Assembly (NCBI GenBank): GCA_013115125.1
Contig: JABANN010000004.1
Span: 1 to 64,000, forward strand
Direction of reading: 5' to 3'
From: Perkinsus olseni
Lineage: Eukaryota
DNA: 64,000 nucleotides
The position numbers were made by a program, and so were the translations under genes. Below, in pieces: positions 50,572-64,000 of this stretch. The notes below the pieces were generated by a model. That model saw only the letters and a list, made by a program, of their open reading frames with translations. It was not told the origin of the DNA and searched no databases. The stretch's first letter is position 1. Each line of letters begins with the position of its first letter.

Positions 50572-53500
50572 ATGGCCAGTCCTCCGTCGGCTCCCCGTCA
50601 TGGGGGCAAATCGGTGGAGCAAATATATAAGAAGATGACCCAGATCGAGCACATTCTTGCCAGGTAGAAATGCTGCTCTGCCCGGGTTTCGGCACTGCTG
50701 CTGTGACAGGCCCGATACCTATGTGGGCAGTCTGGAGCATCAGACAGAACGAATGTGGGTGTGGGACGCTGAGACCGGCCACATAGTTCAGAAGCAGATC
50801 ACGGTAGTCGATAGGAGACAGGCCCTGGATGAGTAGCTGTTTCCAGTTCTGTCCTGGACTCTACAAGATCTTCGATGAGATCCTGGTCAATGCAGCTGAC
50901 AACCTCCAGCGAGATCCCAAGCATATGAATACTATTAAAGTGAGCGGGAGCCTGCTGGACTTGCACGGTGTTTACACTACTACCATCACCACCATACTCA
51001 GGTGGATATCGACGCTGAGAATGGCTTTATCAAGGTATATAATAATGGCAAGGGCCTGCCCATACAGGTCAGCTCACCCGAGTTCGATCCCGGGCGTAGG
51101 CTTTTTCCAACAGGTTCACAAGGAACACCATGTGTACGTACCGGAGTTGGTATTCGGTCATTTATTGACCAGCGACAACTATGACGATAATGAGAAGAAG
51201 GTGAGAAGTTTTCCTATTCTTGTGACCAACTTGCGTTGATGCAGGTCACCGGTGGCCGCAATGGATACGGTGCGAAGCTTACCAACATCTTCTCTAAGAA
51301 ATTCGTCATCACTACTGCTGATCATGTCCGCAAGAAGCTCTATAAACAGCAGTTCGAGAAGTCCATGCAGAAGAAGAAAGATCCGGTCATTACTGACCAT
51401 GACAAGGAGGATTTTACCTGCGTCCAGTTCTGGCCAGATCTCGAAAAGTATGGCCAGGACCCCTCTTCTCGTCGTTGGGACACTACCTTGTCAGGTTCGG
51501 TATGACTCATCTGGATGCCGATATAGTGAGCATATTAACCGCAGCTCTAATAGTCCGTGATCGGTGTGGCAGGTGTCACTGATGTCAAAACGTGTGATCG
51601 ATGTTGCCGGTACTTCAGCGTCGAAGAAATGCAAGGTTTATCTCAACGGTAGGGGCAGCCGTTCCGGAGCTGAGACGACATTGTTGGCTTTCAGGCAAGC
51701 GAGTGCCGATTTCTAGTTTCAAGGACTACGCTGAGCTCTACTTCACCGGAGAGTGGGTGGATGCACCCAAGATCTACGAGAAGGTAGTGCAAGAGGCCAT
51801 CGCCCACGCCCTGACGTTGTACAGGTGTCGGACCGTTGGGAGGTCCTTGTCACCTTGAGCGATCCTGCTGGAGGGGGAGGGCAGTTCCAGCAAGTGTCCT
51901 TTGCCAATTCGATCAATACTGTTAAGGGTGGGACTCATGTTAACCATGTTGCTGAACAAATTGTGAACGCTGTATTGAAGAAGGCTCAGACTAAGAATAA
52001 GGGTGGGTGGAGCTCCCGATGGCTCAGTTCCCGATGTTGTGACGTACTCACAGGTGGGATGGAGCTGAAGCCTTTCCAAGTGAAGAATCATATGTGGCTG
52101 TTTGTTAATGCACTTATCGAAAATCCGACCTTTGATTCGCAGACGAAGGAGACGCTCACGTTGAAGGTAGATGGGAAGGATCGCCCGAGGATGGCCCTGA
52201 TGTTGGTCGTAGATCGCTAAGTTTGGATCGAAGTGTGCCTTGAGTGAGGGCACTATGAAGAAGGTCCTGAATTCGGGGATAGTTGATCAAGTGAGTGGCG
52301 GTGGCTTGACTGGTGTAGAGCTCGGCTCCCAGGTCGTAAACTGGGCCAAATTCAAGCAGACTGCGACACTCCAGAGCAAAATGAAGGTAGAGGAGAGCGT
52401 CCTGCTACGACGCACTATCGATAGTGGCCTTCTCAGGGTGGTACTGGCGGCCACACGAGAATTCTGGGCATACCAAAATTGGAAGACGCCAATGATGCAG
52501 GTGAGTTTAATTTCGGGCACACAACCTGGGATTCTCCGCTGGCTCAGGTGGTCGACACTCGGATCGGTGTACTCTCATCCTCACAGAGGGAGATTCGGCC
52601 AAGGCCTTAGCAGTGGCTGGACTCGGAGTCATCGGTCGAGACAAGTAGGCCAGCGGTCGTGGGATCTGCCACTATAATCCTGGCTGCAGATACGGTGTGT
52701 TCCCACTAAGAGGTAAAGTGTTGAACGTGAGGGAGGCATCCTATAAGCAAACCGTTGATAATAAGGAGATACAGGCTATGCTCAAGATCATCGGGCTCGA
52801 GCCCAGAAAGGCGTAGGCTTGAGGAGACTGTCTTCACGGATGGATCCACTGCGATGCTTCAGTTACGACGGCGTTAAAGGCCTACGCTATGGCTCTATTA
52901 TGGTCATGACTGATCAAGATCTCGATGGGTCACATATCAAGGGTCTGCTCATCAACCTGGTGTAGGACGCCGTGTCGCCTCTCACCGTGACGCCGGGGGA
53001 GGGCGTCACGCTACATCACGACTGTTTGCGGCTGAGAGCGGAGTATCCTGTGTGACCTTCAGGCATCATTGGTGGCCTGGCCTCCTCCAGACTAGAGGCT
53101 TCATGAAGGAGTTTGTGACCCCTATTGTCAAGTGCGTCAAGGGCCGACGGGAGCTCAGTTTCTTTACCCTTACTGAGTACGAAGAATGGAAGAGGAACAA
53201 CAATGATGGCAAGGGTACTGTAGCCCTGCACCCGTCTAAGGGCACGTCACTGTGTACTGACAGGGTGGAAGATAAAATACTACAAAGGTCTCGGTACAAG
53301 CACCAGCAAGGAAGCGAAGGAGTACTTCTCGCAGATATCCAAGTAACTCCTCGGGGCTGGCGTCTGCCCTCCTGTCCAGTGATGCGTGTCAGGCATAGCC
53401 TTTCCTTCGACTACCGTGATGGCGATGATGGGGAGGCGATAGATATGGCGTTTAATAAGAAGAGAGCGGACGACAGGAAAGAGTGGATCAACGGGTACTA

Positions 53501-56500
53501 GCCTTTACTGATGACTGTTGGTTGTACTAGGGTTCGTCAGGTACGCCGATGGAGACTGTGTGGACCACTCGAAGACTTCCCTACGGTAGGTCGTTGACCT
53601 GATACGTCCATTCGATGGGGTTTGGTAAGATACTTGGACTTCATCAATAAGGAGCTTGTCCAGTTTTCCAAGTATGACGTCATGAGAAGCATACCCAGCA
53701 TGGTCGATGGCTTCAAGCCCTCCCAGGTAGGAGCGATGCCACCACGGTCACCGCCAAGGAGGCGTGCGTGCTTAGCGTAAAGTGCTCTTCTGTGCACTCA
53801 AGAGGAACCTCAAGTCGGACACGAAAGTGGCTCAGTTTGTCGGATACGTATCAGAGCATGTGAGCTAGGCCCGGCTCAGCCTTGGTCCGCTTGGATCGTA
53901 CTCTACACTCAGTCGGCCTATCATCACGGCGAGCAGAGTTTGGAGTCTTGCATCGTTGGCATGGCCCAGGACTTCATAGGTGCAGCCACGACAGAAGCCT
54001 TCCCGCTGATATTACCGTCGTGCAGGCTCGAACAATCTGAACTTGCTTTTCCCGTCGGGTCAGTTCGGCACTCGGCTGCAAGGAGGAAAGGATGCCGCCA
54101 GTGGACGGTAGCTCGGTCGCTTGCCTGCTACCCATCGAGGCTCTGATGCGCCTAGATACATCTACACGAGGATGAGCAAGTATACTAGGACCATATTTCA
54201 CCCAGACGATGACGACGTTTTAGAGTATTTGACGGAGGTAACAAAGCAACAGTTCGATACCAACGGTACTTGCTGGACGATCAGGAGGGGCAAAGTATAG
54301 AGCCGAAGTGGTATTGTCCCATCATACCTATGGTCCTCGTCAACGGTGCTGAGGGTATCGGGACCGGCTGGTCTACCAATGTGCTTAGCTATGACCCTAG
54401 GGAAATTATTGACCTCCTGCGGGCGCTTATAAGAGGTAAAGGGCCAGCGTCCTCATCATACCGTGGGTATAAGGTGATACTCTTTGAAAGGTGTTGAGCT
54501 GCACGATATCCATCCCTGGTACAGAGGCTTCACGGGTTCTGTGGAGCGAAATGAGAAGGGAGGATACGACTTTTTGGGTAAGGTGAAGATGGCCAGCGAC
54601 GACAGGACGGTCGATATTACTGAGCTACCGGTGAAGACATGGACCCAGAACTACAAGGAGTTTTTGCAGGTAGAGGAGGCTTCGAGTAAAGTCAGTTGAC
54701 AACGTGTTCTGTTCAGGAGATGATGCAAGCTGGCCAAGAGGCTATCACGCAGGAGAGGAAGGCCAAGGCTAAAGCGAAAAGGAGGGCAGCTGCTGCTGCC
54801 AGCAGTGATGCCGGTAGTGGGTCGCTCCAACCAGGGCTCTCAAAGAGGCGAACTTTGTGTGCAGGGTCAGAGCCTAGCACGCCACCCGCTGCAGCCAGTG
54901 GGGAAAAGGATAAGGAGAAGAAGAAGGGACCTGCAGTGAAGCTGGGAGATCTAAAGGAGTAGGCAGCAGCTCCTCCCCACTTCTCCGTCTGATCATACCG
55001 TCGTTAGGTATCACACGGAGCACAGTGTTCACTTCAAGTGTACGCTTCAGAACGAGGCCGCTAAGAGCGTGGTGGATTCTCTGGGGCTCGAGAAGGCCTT
55101 CAAGCTGCGTTCAGCATTCTCTACGACCAACATGGTCAGTACTAGTCGCGACCATCAGTCTCTCATCTACGGTGCTCAGGTCCTCTTCGACCGTAATGGT
55201 AAAATACGACGCTATGACAGTGTCCTGGATATTATAAAGGACTTTGCCGACCTGAGATTGGACATGTACGTCTTGCGGAAGGAAAGCCTCATCGCCAAGC
55301 TCACCAAAGAGATACTGGTACCAATGGCGAGTGGAACGAGGGCCTTCAAATCCCTATGTGATGTCAGATCTTGTCCAATAAGTGCCGATTCGTGACGATG
55401 GTTGTCAATGGCGAAATAGTGTTCCAGAAGAAGAAGATTGTACAGCTCATGGAGGAACTCAAGCGCAAGAAGTTCATGACAATGATGGAGATCGATGCTC
55501 AAACGAAAGCAGCCAAGACAACCTCTCTGAAAGGGAAGATGGCCTCTTCCACCTCCGGCGCTACAGGTAGGCTGACCGGGTGGTAGCGCGCTGAGCCATC
55601 CATGGTAAGGTGATGAAGTGAAGTCAGAGGGAGAGTCCAGTGACGAGGAAGCGGATGACGAGGCCAAAGTGGGTCGATATTAATGTGCCTTTGAGTGGCT
55701 AGCTCCCCGTACCAGGCTGAGAAGCAACAGAAACGCTCCGGCTATGACTATCTACTCGCAATGTCGATGTGGAGTCTGACTCTTGAGAGAGTTGAAGCGA
55801 TGGAGAGATTGCTCCGAGACAAGGAGGCGGAACTTAAGGTGGCCGGCTGGAAGTGCTGCCTGCTCGGGACCAGCAAATAGGTTCTTCGTGGTCGCACTAT
55901 TGAGGAGATGTGGGACAGGGACTTGGTACAGCTGCTGGCAGCTTTGGATGAAGATGATGACCGGCGAGCGAAGGAGATCAAGGCTGAGGCACGGTACAGG
56001 AAGAACAAGCCCAAGATGGGGAAGCTAGCATCCAAGAGCAAGAAGGCAGCTAGTCCATCAAGTGAGCTCCTGCTGCCGCCGCAGCAAGAGTGAAAAAAGT
56101 CCCCTCAGGCAGCGAGAACGACTATGGCAGTGATGATGAGGATGAGATTATGAGCGACGCTAGTGACGTGAAGCCATCGAAGAAAAAGGGCGGCAAGAAG
56201 GTCCCAGGGAAGCCGGAGGACTTGATAGAGTCCTTGCTGCAGAGGTTCGTGTTTTCTTCGGTGACTGGGAGCCTAGCGTGTCGCGACAGATACCAAGCGG
56301 ACGGAGACCTGTGTGAAGTTGATAGGGCTACCCTGGAGGTGAAGCCAATGGAGGCCGATGCTTGGAGGAAGGTGAAGAAGGAGGAAGGCGACAAGGCGAA
56401 GTCGAAGGCGTCGTCTCGAGAAGGTGAGAGGCTTATTGGCTTTTGGTCCGGACGACTCGCAGCATTCGGGCGTTTAACTGAAGAACGCAGCACAGAGTTC

Positions 56501-57776
56501 GTCGTTAAGTGGCTAGCGCGTCGACACTGAAGCGGCGAAGGCATTGGTGTCTAAACTGGCACGCATACGATCGGAGTCACTATCAATAGGTGCATCATCG
56601 GTTAACCCCTCACCCTCAGCAAGCCCGTCAGCATCCTCAGCCGATGACTCTTCTACGACCAAGAAGATAGAGATGGGTAGGAGGCCCTGTTGTGTTGTCT
56701 TCCCAGCATATATCGGCTTCAGCTCATCAGCGTTCATCAAGTATCCTGGAGCGCCTACGGATGAAGAATGAAGGGAAGAGCACATCATCATCACAAGTGG
56801 TGAAGTCATCGGCATCTTCGGGTGAGTCCTGAAGGGGCACTAGATGCGGCCGTGTAGTGGCCAGTGAGGGGTGGTATTGGTCTGTGCTTCGGGACATCCT
56901 GAGTGCCCCACCTGCAGTTTCAAGTCCCTGTGAGAATATTGTGTTTGCAGGCAGCAAGCAGCTGACCATCAGCTCCTTCCTCAAGCCTAAGGCGGAAGCG
57001 AAGGTCACAGAGGAGAACTGGCTTGACAGCCTCATTGCATCGAGGAAGAACAAGGGCAGCTCTGACGTGGAATCTGAGGAGGCAGGACCGTAGAGGTGGA
57101 GCTACGTAATAGCTGAGTTTTTGGCAGTCTGTGCCTCTGTCGAAGCCTCCCACTCCTAAAAGCAAGGCTAAGGCTAAGGCCAAAGCGAGAAGGAAGAGTC
57201 CAGCGAAAGCGAAGAAGAGCGCTAAGGCTAGCTCTAGTAGTGAAGTTACCCCTGCAAGCTCAGCCGAGGAAATAAGCAGTGATGAGGCCCCGGATTCACC
57301 CGCCCCGAGAAGCCGCAGGTACGCTCTGAGATTCCAGCCTCCCTGAATATCCCTCCTAGGCCTGCTCGCGCTGCGGCGGCCCGTGCTGCCAGCAAGAAGC
57401 TGATAGCCTCCAGTGATTCGTCGAGCCATAGTGCAGGTTCTGACTCGGAATCAGCCCCAGAGGCGGACAGTCCTCTCAGCGACTTCAGTGGGGTTCTTAG
57501 CTCCGTCAGTTGGCCCGGCAAATCCCGTCATGTAGGTGATATTTCCGACGACCGGCCGAAGAAGAAGAGGACCTTGAAGCGGAAGGTTTCGGCGGGATCT
57601 CCTGCCAAGCCAACCAGGAAGGCACCGGCTGGCGGACGGAAACGGCGCAAAGTGGTAGGTGCTCCACTACGGCCTCCAATTGGGCTATAGCGGAGCTTCT
57701 CCAGGTACGGCTCGATAGTGATGATGAGAGCGATGAGGACTACAACGATGACGACAGTGATAGTGACTATGCATAA
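50572..57776 (+). CDS. TOP2: DNA topoisomerase II (eukaryotic type IIA), many introns
   Basis: [86 protein letters not shown] (catalytic Tyr) and a long K/D/S-rich C-terminal tail. Confidence 0.98.
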
Positions 57777-57870
57777 TTCATACCACCCGAATACCATCGG
57801 TTTCCCAATTCGTATGCTTCCATCGCCTATCACTCTTGTGGTGTGTCTGGGTGGAGTCGGGGAGAGGCTG

Positions 57871-60800
57871 ATGGAGGGAGTTAGTATTGACGCCGCTGGG
57901 GGTTTGAGGTACTCCTTGCAGCATTGCCGTGTGATGGCTATTAGTATTGGTCAATGCTACACCAACTTATCCGGTATGCACTAGAAGAAATAGCCTACTC
58001 TGGGCCCCCTGGGTCGAAGTACGATCCCCACTGCTAGAAGTGTCGTATGAGCCTCTGGTTGGTAGATTCAGCGACATCGTGGTGAACTTGAACAACAGGA
58101 AGGCCGAAGGAGCGGATTGCCCTCAGCTGTTAGAGGCGTTGAAGCACAATCTTGTTCACCCGGAAGAGCTTCAACTCCCATGTGAGCTACCACCATCAAT
58201 TTTATTCCGTGGAACACCCTCGATGGTCAGGTTTCATTGCTGAGGGTACGGGCGAGGAAGAAGACCCCGTCGTAGATGTCTTAGAAGAGTGAGCCCTTCG
58301 TATTGAATGCGCGAGCCTGGTCCATAACCGCACATCCTCAGTTACCGTAACAACCTGTTGGGTATAGCCCTCCATCCTGACATCTGTGAACATGTGGTTC
58401 ATAAGAGCATCATCTACCTCGTCTCTAACGCGAGATACCAGGGCCTGTGGGGGTATCAGCTCTGCCCTTTACTTAATATCGACCATAAACAATTGCACCA
58501 TCTTACCTCGAAACTTGTAAGTCGTTCGTGAAAGGAGTCTTCATTAAAATAGCTTTATACCGCAGATCCAAGAAAAGATTATCGTCCGGTTCAACCTTAT
58601 GATACCGAAAGTCATAAGGCGGCAGCACAAGGGTTCAGTATCGCCGATCAGCTGTGTTCTCTTTCTCCGTAAGTCACCAACTCCTACTCGCAGCTCATGT
58701 CGCTGCTGCTTCTGCTCAGATCAATTTTATGACCTCCAGCGGATGGACCCTCTGCTGGCCTCCTCTATACTCTCCGAACACATAGAACCGATCAGCGATC
58801 GTGTCGTGCAGCTGCTGCGAGACTCGCCGCACCAACTGCTGTTGGAAGTTGATGTCCGTAATGTTGTCCACAGCATGTAAGCTCACGCTCACGGTTGACT
58901 CCTAGCACTTGGCGTATGCTCCTTGGCAGTACTGGAGTCATGACGGTTCGGTGCGGTCAGGTTCAAAGGCAATCTTAAGCGGGGCCAGACTCAGTTCCGA
59001 CGCTGCCGTGACAAGCTGGAGAGGGAGAAGAAAATAGAGGTCGTAAAGGTGTGGAGTGCGGAGCTCAAAGTGTACGTGTACCCACCCTCGCCCACAGCCT
59101 ATGCCAAGCGATGGTAGATACCGCAAAGCGATGTGCATCTACGGCACCCATGTCGACACCGACGACATATCACTAATACCGCAGTTCGCTGATATGGGCG
59201 CTCAGGAAGAAGACGATGGGCTCTCGTCAACCCCTCGGAGAGGTAATATTGAATTCTTTTCTCGAGCGGAGCGTAGTTTCTTCAGAGAGCGCTCCAACTT
59301 CTATTCGAGGACTAGAGTCACCCAAAACGCCAAGATCGGAGGGCGAAGAGGAATATGCCAGCAGCGAGGGAGCTAAGTCGCCTAAGAAGAACAACTGGGT
59401 AGTCGTTTCGCGTCGGACGCTGATGAGCCACGACCGCCCCTCTCAGGTTGGTGTTGGCACTTTCTTCCGTGGCCATGTCTCCCCAGACATCATCGCCGAC
59501 CTGGTTCGAGCATCGGGACCTAAGGGATTTACAAACGCTGAAATGTGAGCACATCTAGAAGCTTTGTCTCTTCTGGACGTCTGGGAAGGCTATGCCTTGT
59601 TGACAAGCTCTCTTGTATGCAACGGTTTTTGCTCCTGTTTAGTTCGAAGCGACTACCGGTGGATAAGAAGTTCACCGAACGGGCATTGGACTGGACGCTG
59701 AAGGAGTACCCAGAAATTCGCAAGGATAAGGACACCAGAGGGAAGGTGTCATTTTGGGTGTAAGGCGGAGTTTCGTAGTAGTCTCTGCTTGTGTATTCTA
59801 AGTTGAGCAGATACCGCTTCGCTCAACCAGAGGACGAGCAGCCCCGTGCGATGCTCGAGGACCAGGTTGCGCCTATTATTGGCGATGGGGATGAGATGCC
59901 CACGGTGCTTAATCTTGAAGGTGATACTGTCTAGTGTGGATACCCTCGACCCGGATCATCAGAGACGCTAAGTCACTACTCATTCATGCACTGTTCATCA
60001 CTCATGCATCGTATCAAAACAGTACTCTCGACAGTTCCTTAGGAATAGTCGGGGCTATCGTTCTCTCGACACCCGATCCCTTCTCAGGCCTCTCCGCGCT
60101 TGGACGAGTGCGCGCTGCCCGAACCTTACGCCTTGTCAAGGAGCATGGTGTACTATCGGTAGTCGATCTTGGGAGAGCAATCGATGCTGAGGAGGTGAGT
60201 GCAGCACTACGCTGTGGTCTTGAATGGTGTCAATCTTGTCCGCCATAGGGACGAGGGACGAAAATCGACAGGAAGACTCTCACTAAGATCGCCGATAAAG
60301 TTGTGGAGTATGAACCGATGATGAAGAAGACCTCGACAATGTATATTCTACCAGCTACGGCGAACTTTCTATATTTGGGTGAGATTAGGTACCGGTCGCA
60401 GGACGTATCGGTGGTATACTGGGGCAGTGCGTGCACTGAAGAAGAGGCTCAGCAACGAGTGACCGCAGCACTGCAACTGAAGCACAGTGAGCTCACTAGC
60501 AGCAGTGCCATCAAGAAGAGAAAGAGGGACTCTTTGGCCTCTGAGCTTAAGGTAGGGCTCGCTGACTCGGAGAGTTAACTGACATGTATTTTGTGCAGTC
60601 CGAAGCCGGTGACGGCGCAGCGGCAGCGGCGGCTGCAGCGGCAATGCTTGGCAGTGAACTCAGCAGTCCTGAACTCTCTACCGATAGTAAGATCATCTCC
60701 GCGTGTCCTGTTAGTCACGGAGCACTCGCAGATGCCGTGGCAACCCAAGCACTATTCCCTATAGCCACCAGTAGCCTCGATGTCGCCCATCCCGGCCCCA

Positions 60801-63800
60801 GAAGGCGGACGGTCAACGATCTTAACGCCGCTGCAGTGTAGGCCTGTTGATGATGTAGGCCTGCGTAGTAGTAAGAGCGCTGAGCAGGTATCGACCTCCG
60901 ACCATAGGGAAGACAGCCAGCCGCTGCGGAGGCACCTTCAGTCAGAATGTATGCGTCCATTACGGCTATGTCGGAGCTATCATGCTCCGTTGCAAGTAAG
61001 GAGGGGTTGTAGGGTATTGATATCTCTTCGTTTAAGTGTTCTTCTTATCGGTGGCTGCCCGACGATATAATGATCGTTGCTATCAACGTCCCATTCCGTA
61101 GGTATCTCCATCAATTTCTTCTTAAGAACATGAGAGCTGCATGGTTCAACGCGGAGGAGCTAACTATGTCGCTAGATGTGCAGCTCTTTCTACAGGCAAG
61201 TCAGCGATGCCTCTCCGTACCTGCGGATGGTGATGTGATCAGATCGTTGGCTGCGGCATTCCCCATCCGTACTTGGACGAGTACCTCGTCTCGGGCTCCC
61301 GTTCCAACTTGAGAGTTGGAGATTTGCCACAGGACGTGAAGGACCATCTCACCAACCCCTTCACTCTCAGTGATGCTCGGAATAGAAGGGCCAAGAGCTT
61401 CGCCCAGATCAAGTAAGCTGTTCGTATCAACCAACGCGTTAATTGGTGGTGCATGTGGCAGGCAATTGTTGTCGCTTCTTGTCCGTCTCAACCTCGTCAC
61501 ACTCGGCAAAGCCTCTGAGGTCGACCGAGAACATCATCCAGGAGATGATACTGTGGTGTAAGCAACTCGCTTCTCTCCTATGGTCGGTAACAGAACAATG
61601 TAGGTACTACGCTCACGATAAGGTCACGCTGAAGCCCTTCTTTCCCGCCGCAGACGCACCGGAGTCGTTACTGCAGGAGATCAGCGACTCGGAACACGTA
61701 AGAGTAGTGTGACCGTTATGACGCAAAGTACCGTCCGGGCGCTTCAGGACCCTGATGGCGAGGAGTACATATTTTTCGACCCCGAGGAGCCTCCCCCGTC
61801 CTCGCCAGGAGCTGACAGTAGTAGTGTTATGGATGCATGTACTACTCTCGATGCCTCAGCTGATGAAGATAAGGGTACTTGGGCTCAGGTGAAGACTTTT
61901 GGAACACTTTGCAGAGGAACTCCCTGCGTTGGCGTAGGAAGGTTATGAATGCAGTGGAGAAGGTTAATGAACAACAAGGAGGAGAGAAGAAGCCCAAGAC
62001 CAAGCATTCGTCTGAAGTCTTCTCTAAGGGACGAGGCCAACTGGTAGTAGTCTGTCCTGAGAACGGTCACAGAGAAGGCGCTCATCGAGGGATGTCACCG
62101 CTCTCGCCAGGCTTGATATCATTCGACTTATAGCCGGAGTTAGTCGGTCGTATATGGTGCTGTGTTTCAGCCCGCTGGATGCGACGTATCCGAGCTGTTC
62201 TTCCGTAAGAACTGGACTGGTAGCTTGTACGTATCTGCTACCCAGAGAAACGCCTTAGAACAGTTGCTGAAGCAACTTTCTGAGGAGCCTGTCGATGAGT
62301 CCTATTTGGTCAACGGTGTCCGAGTAGTGGATGCATCGAACCCCCTGGTCAAAGCTACTTGCCTGGAGCACAACATCGACCTTCACGTCGCTCTCAAGTA
62401 CCTTCGCCGAAGAGTCCTCTTGAGCGGCGAGAAGGGCGACAAATTCAAGCAAACAGTCGATTTCGTTCCTGTCCACGCCGTCCGCTACAAGTGCCATATC
62501 TGTCACTTCCTTACCAGCCATCGTGTGGCCATACTCAGTCACTACCGCGCTAGGCATGGGTACCAGGAGCTTCCTGACGATCCGACGCTTTACACTGCCA
62601 AGCACTTCATACAGACAGTCCTCAATAGTGCTGGTGCTAGCTCTCGGCATAACTACAAAGAACTCATCAACTCCCAGGCCCTCCCTGACCAGCCTAGGCC
62701 TCATAAGCGCAGGAGGAGAAACAGAGCACAGGCAATGCAGCAGCTGGATGAGGTTCCAGCTGAGGATGTCCCTGCGGAGAGTAGCGGAGGGGCGCCGGAG
62801 CCCCAATTGTCATCCTTCGAGATTGCCTTATTCAAGTTCTATCTGGCCACGGCTAAGAAGCTCATTGACTACAGAGAGCCGGCTATAATCACCAGTGAAG
62901 TGCCCGAGCCCAAGCATAGGATTTGGAGTATAGTAGCAGCAGTCGTCGGTAGGACTCCGCAAGAGGCCTATCGCTTGGCGCTGCGTTCGACTAAAGGAAG
63001 GACGACTAACAAGTCTGGTATGAGTCACGGTGTTTATAACTACCTCCCGCTGGGTTACGAGAGCTCCACTGCTCCTATGAATGTGGTGCCTTCTTACCTC
63101 AACTCCACCAAAGACCTTCTGGGCGACTCAATTCTCTCGGCCCTCACCCGTATGATTCTGCTGACGTCGAATAGCTCCTACAGCAGCCATGCTACGCGGC
63201 ACTCTCTCTTCCGTATGGGCTATAAGGAGGAGGATATACGAATGAGCTTCCAGCTGTGGCATGCCCGAGGGATGGTGGGACGAGCCCGCCGTGCTGATTT
63301 CGCTGGAAGGAAGTTTATGCTCTCCAATGTTGCACGTATGGCCGTGTACGGCAAGGCTGCGGATGTAAGACTCCTGGGGAAATTCAATGCCCACAAGCGA
63401 AGTCTTGTTCCAGATTTCCCTCCTGCGAGACGGCCTGGCCTGCTTAGAAGGAGATGCTGATTCGGCGGGTGTGGTTCACGCTGAGCCAACAGGCAGCTGG
63501 ATGCAGGTTCATAAGAGGGTGTAATGGCCGAAGAGGATTATATCTCTATCAGGTGCTAGCAAACTGCGTTGCTCAAGGCCGAGTTACTCTGGACTGCATT
63601 TGGTTCCCCGAGGCGAGCAAGGCTCTGCCTGGTACGCAGAGCGACGCCTCGATACCCAATGTTGAAGAAGAAGAGCATCAGAGTGATGCAGAGGATGATG
63701 AGCTGATGGAAGACCATGACGACAACGAAGAAGGAGGTGAGTCGGCCCTATAGTGGGATACTTGGTGCTTTGATCGTGATGTTGTATTCTCGCAGGTGGA

Positions 63801-64000
63801 CAACAGATCTTCGTTGGCATCCGCAAGCACTTGGAGCTGACTCAAAGGCCCGGTGGACCTGATGCTAACAACTCGAAACCTCCGCAGGTTATGGAGGCTG
63901 TGTCATGGGAGATCAATGAGGACGAGGAGGATAACGCCTCAGATGAGAGTGAGCTCTGCATCTCGCGCGTTGAAGTTACCTTAGTACTGCCTTCTGATGT
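57871..64000 (+). CDS. TFIIIC subunit 1 (GTF3C1/Tfc3)-like, 3' truncated, with internal C2H2 finger
   Basis: N-terminal LIRYALEEIAYSGPLG; winged-helix-like IIADLVRASGPKGFTNAE; extended-WH-like RAARTLRLVKEHGVLSVVDLGRAIDAEE..GTKIDRKTLTKI; RYLHQFL; RQLLSLLVRLNLV; C2H2 YKCHICHFLTSHRVAILSHYRARH. Confidence 0.65.

Noticed and set aside
1-64000. CRISPR arrays, tRNA/rRNA/snRNA genes, stop-codon recoding or frameshifting
   Set aside because: No repeat-spacer arrays or RNA-gene signatures were seen by eye; the ORF breaks I examined are explained by short spliceosomal introns.

Overview
Eukaryotic, gene-dense, intron-rich genomic DNA with many ~40-60 nt GT-AG introns and short intergenic gaps. This style suggests a perkinsid alveolate (Perkinsus-like); the assignment is inferred, not proven. 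The six-frame ORF track is fragmented by introns, so gene models were joined by eye and internal boundaries are approximate. Recognisable genes: Josephin/ataxin-3-UIM-UBX protein (5' truncated), Rrn7/TAF1B-like Pol I factor, TPR protein, proteasome beta2, EAPP, NAC-alpha, mitochondrial L7/L12, SET/LSMT methyltransferase, QDPR, an RRM-KH protein ending in a CysRS-anticodon-like domain, MAPR cytochrome b5 protein, a large multi-TM protein with PI-PLC X domain, ValRS, a TPR protein with C-terminal FFAT motif, topoisomerase II, and a GTF3C1/Tfc3-like protein (3' truncated). Most notable: two tandem diverged paralogs sharing an apparently inactive DEDDy exonuclease-like domain, intron positions and a C-terminal motif (one also has a cold-shock domain); several unusual domain fusions; a 104-bp MITE-like element; and long same-strand gene blocks.
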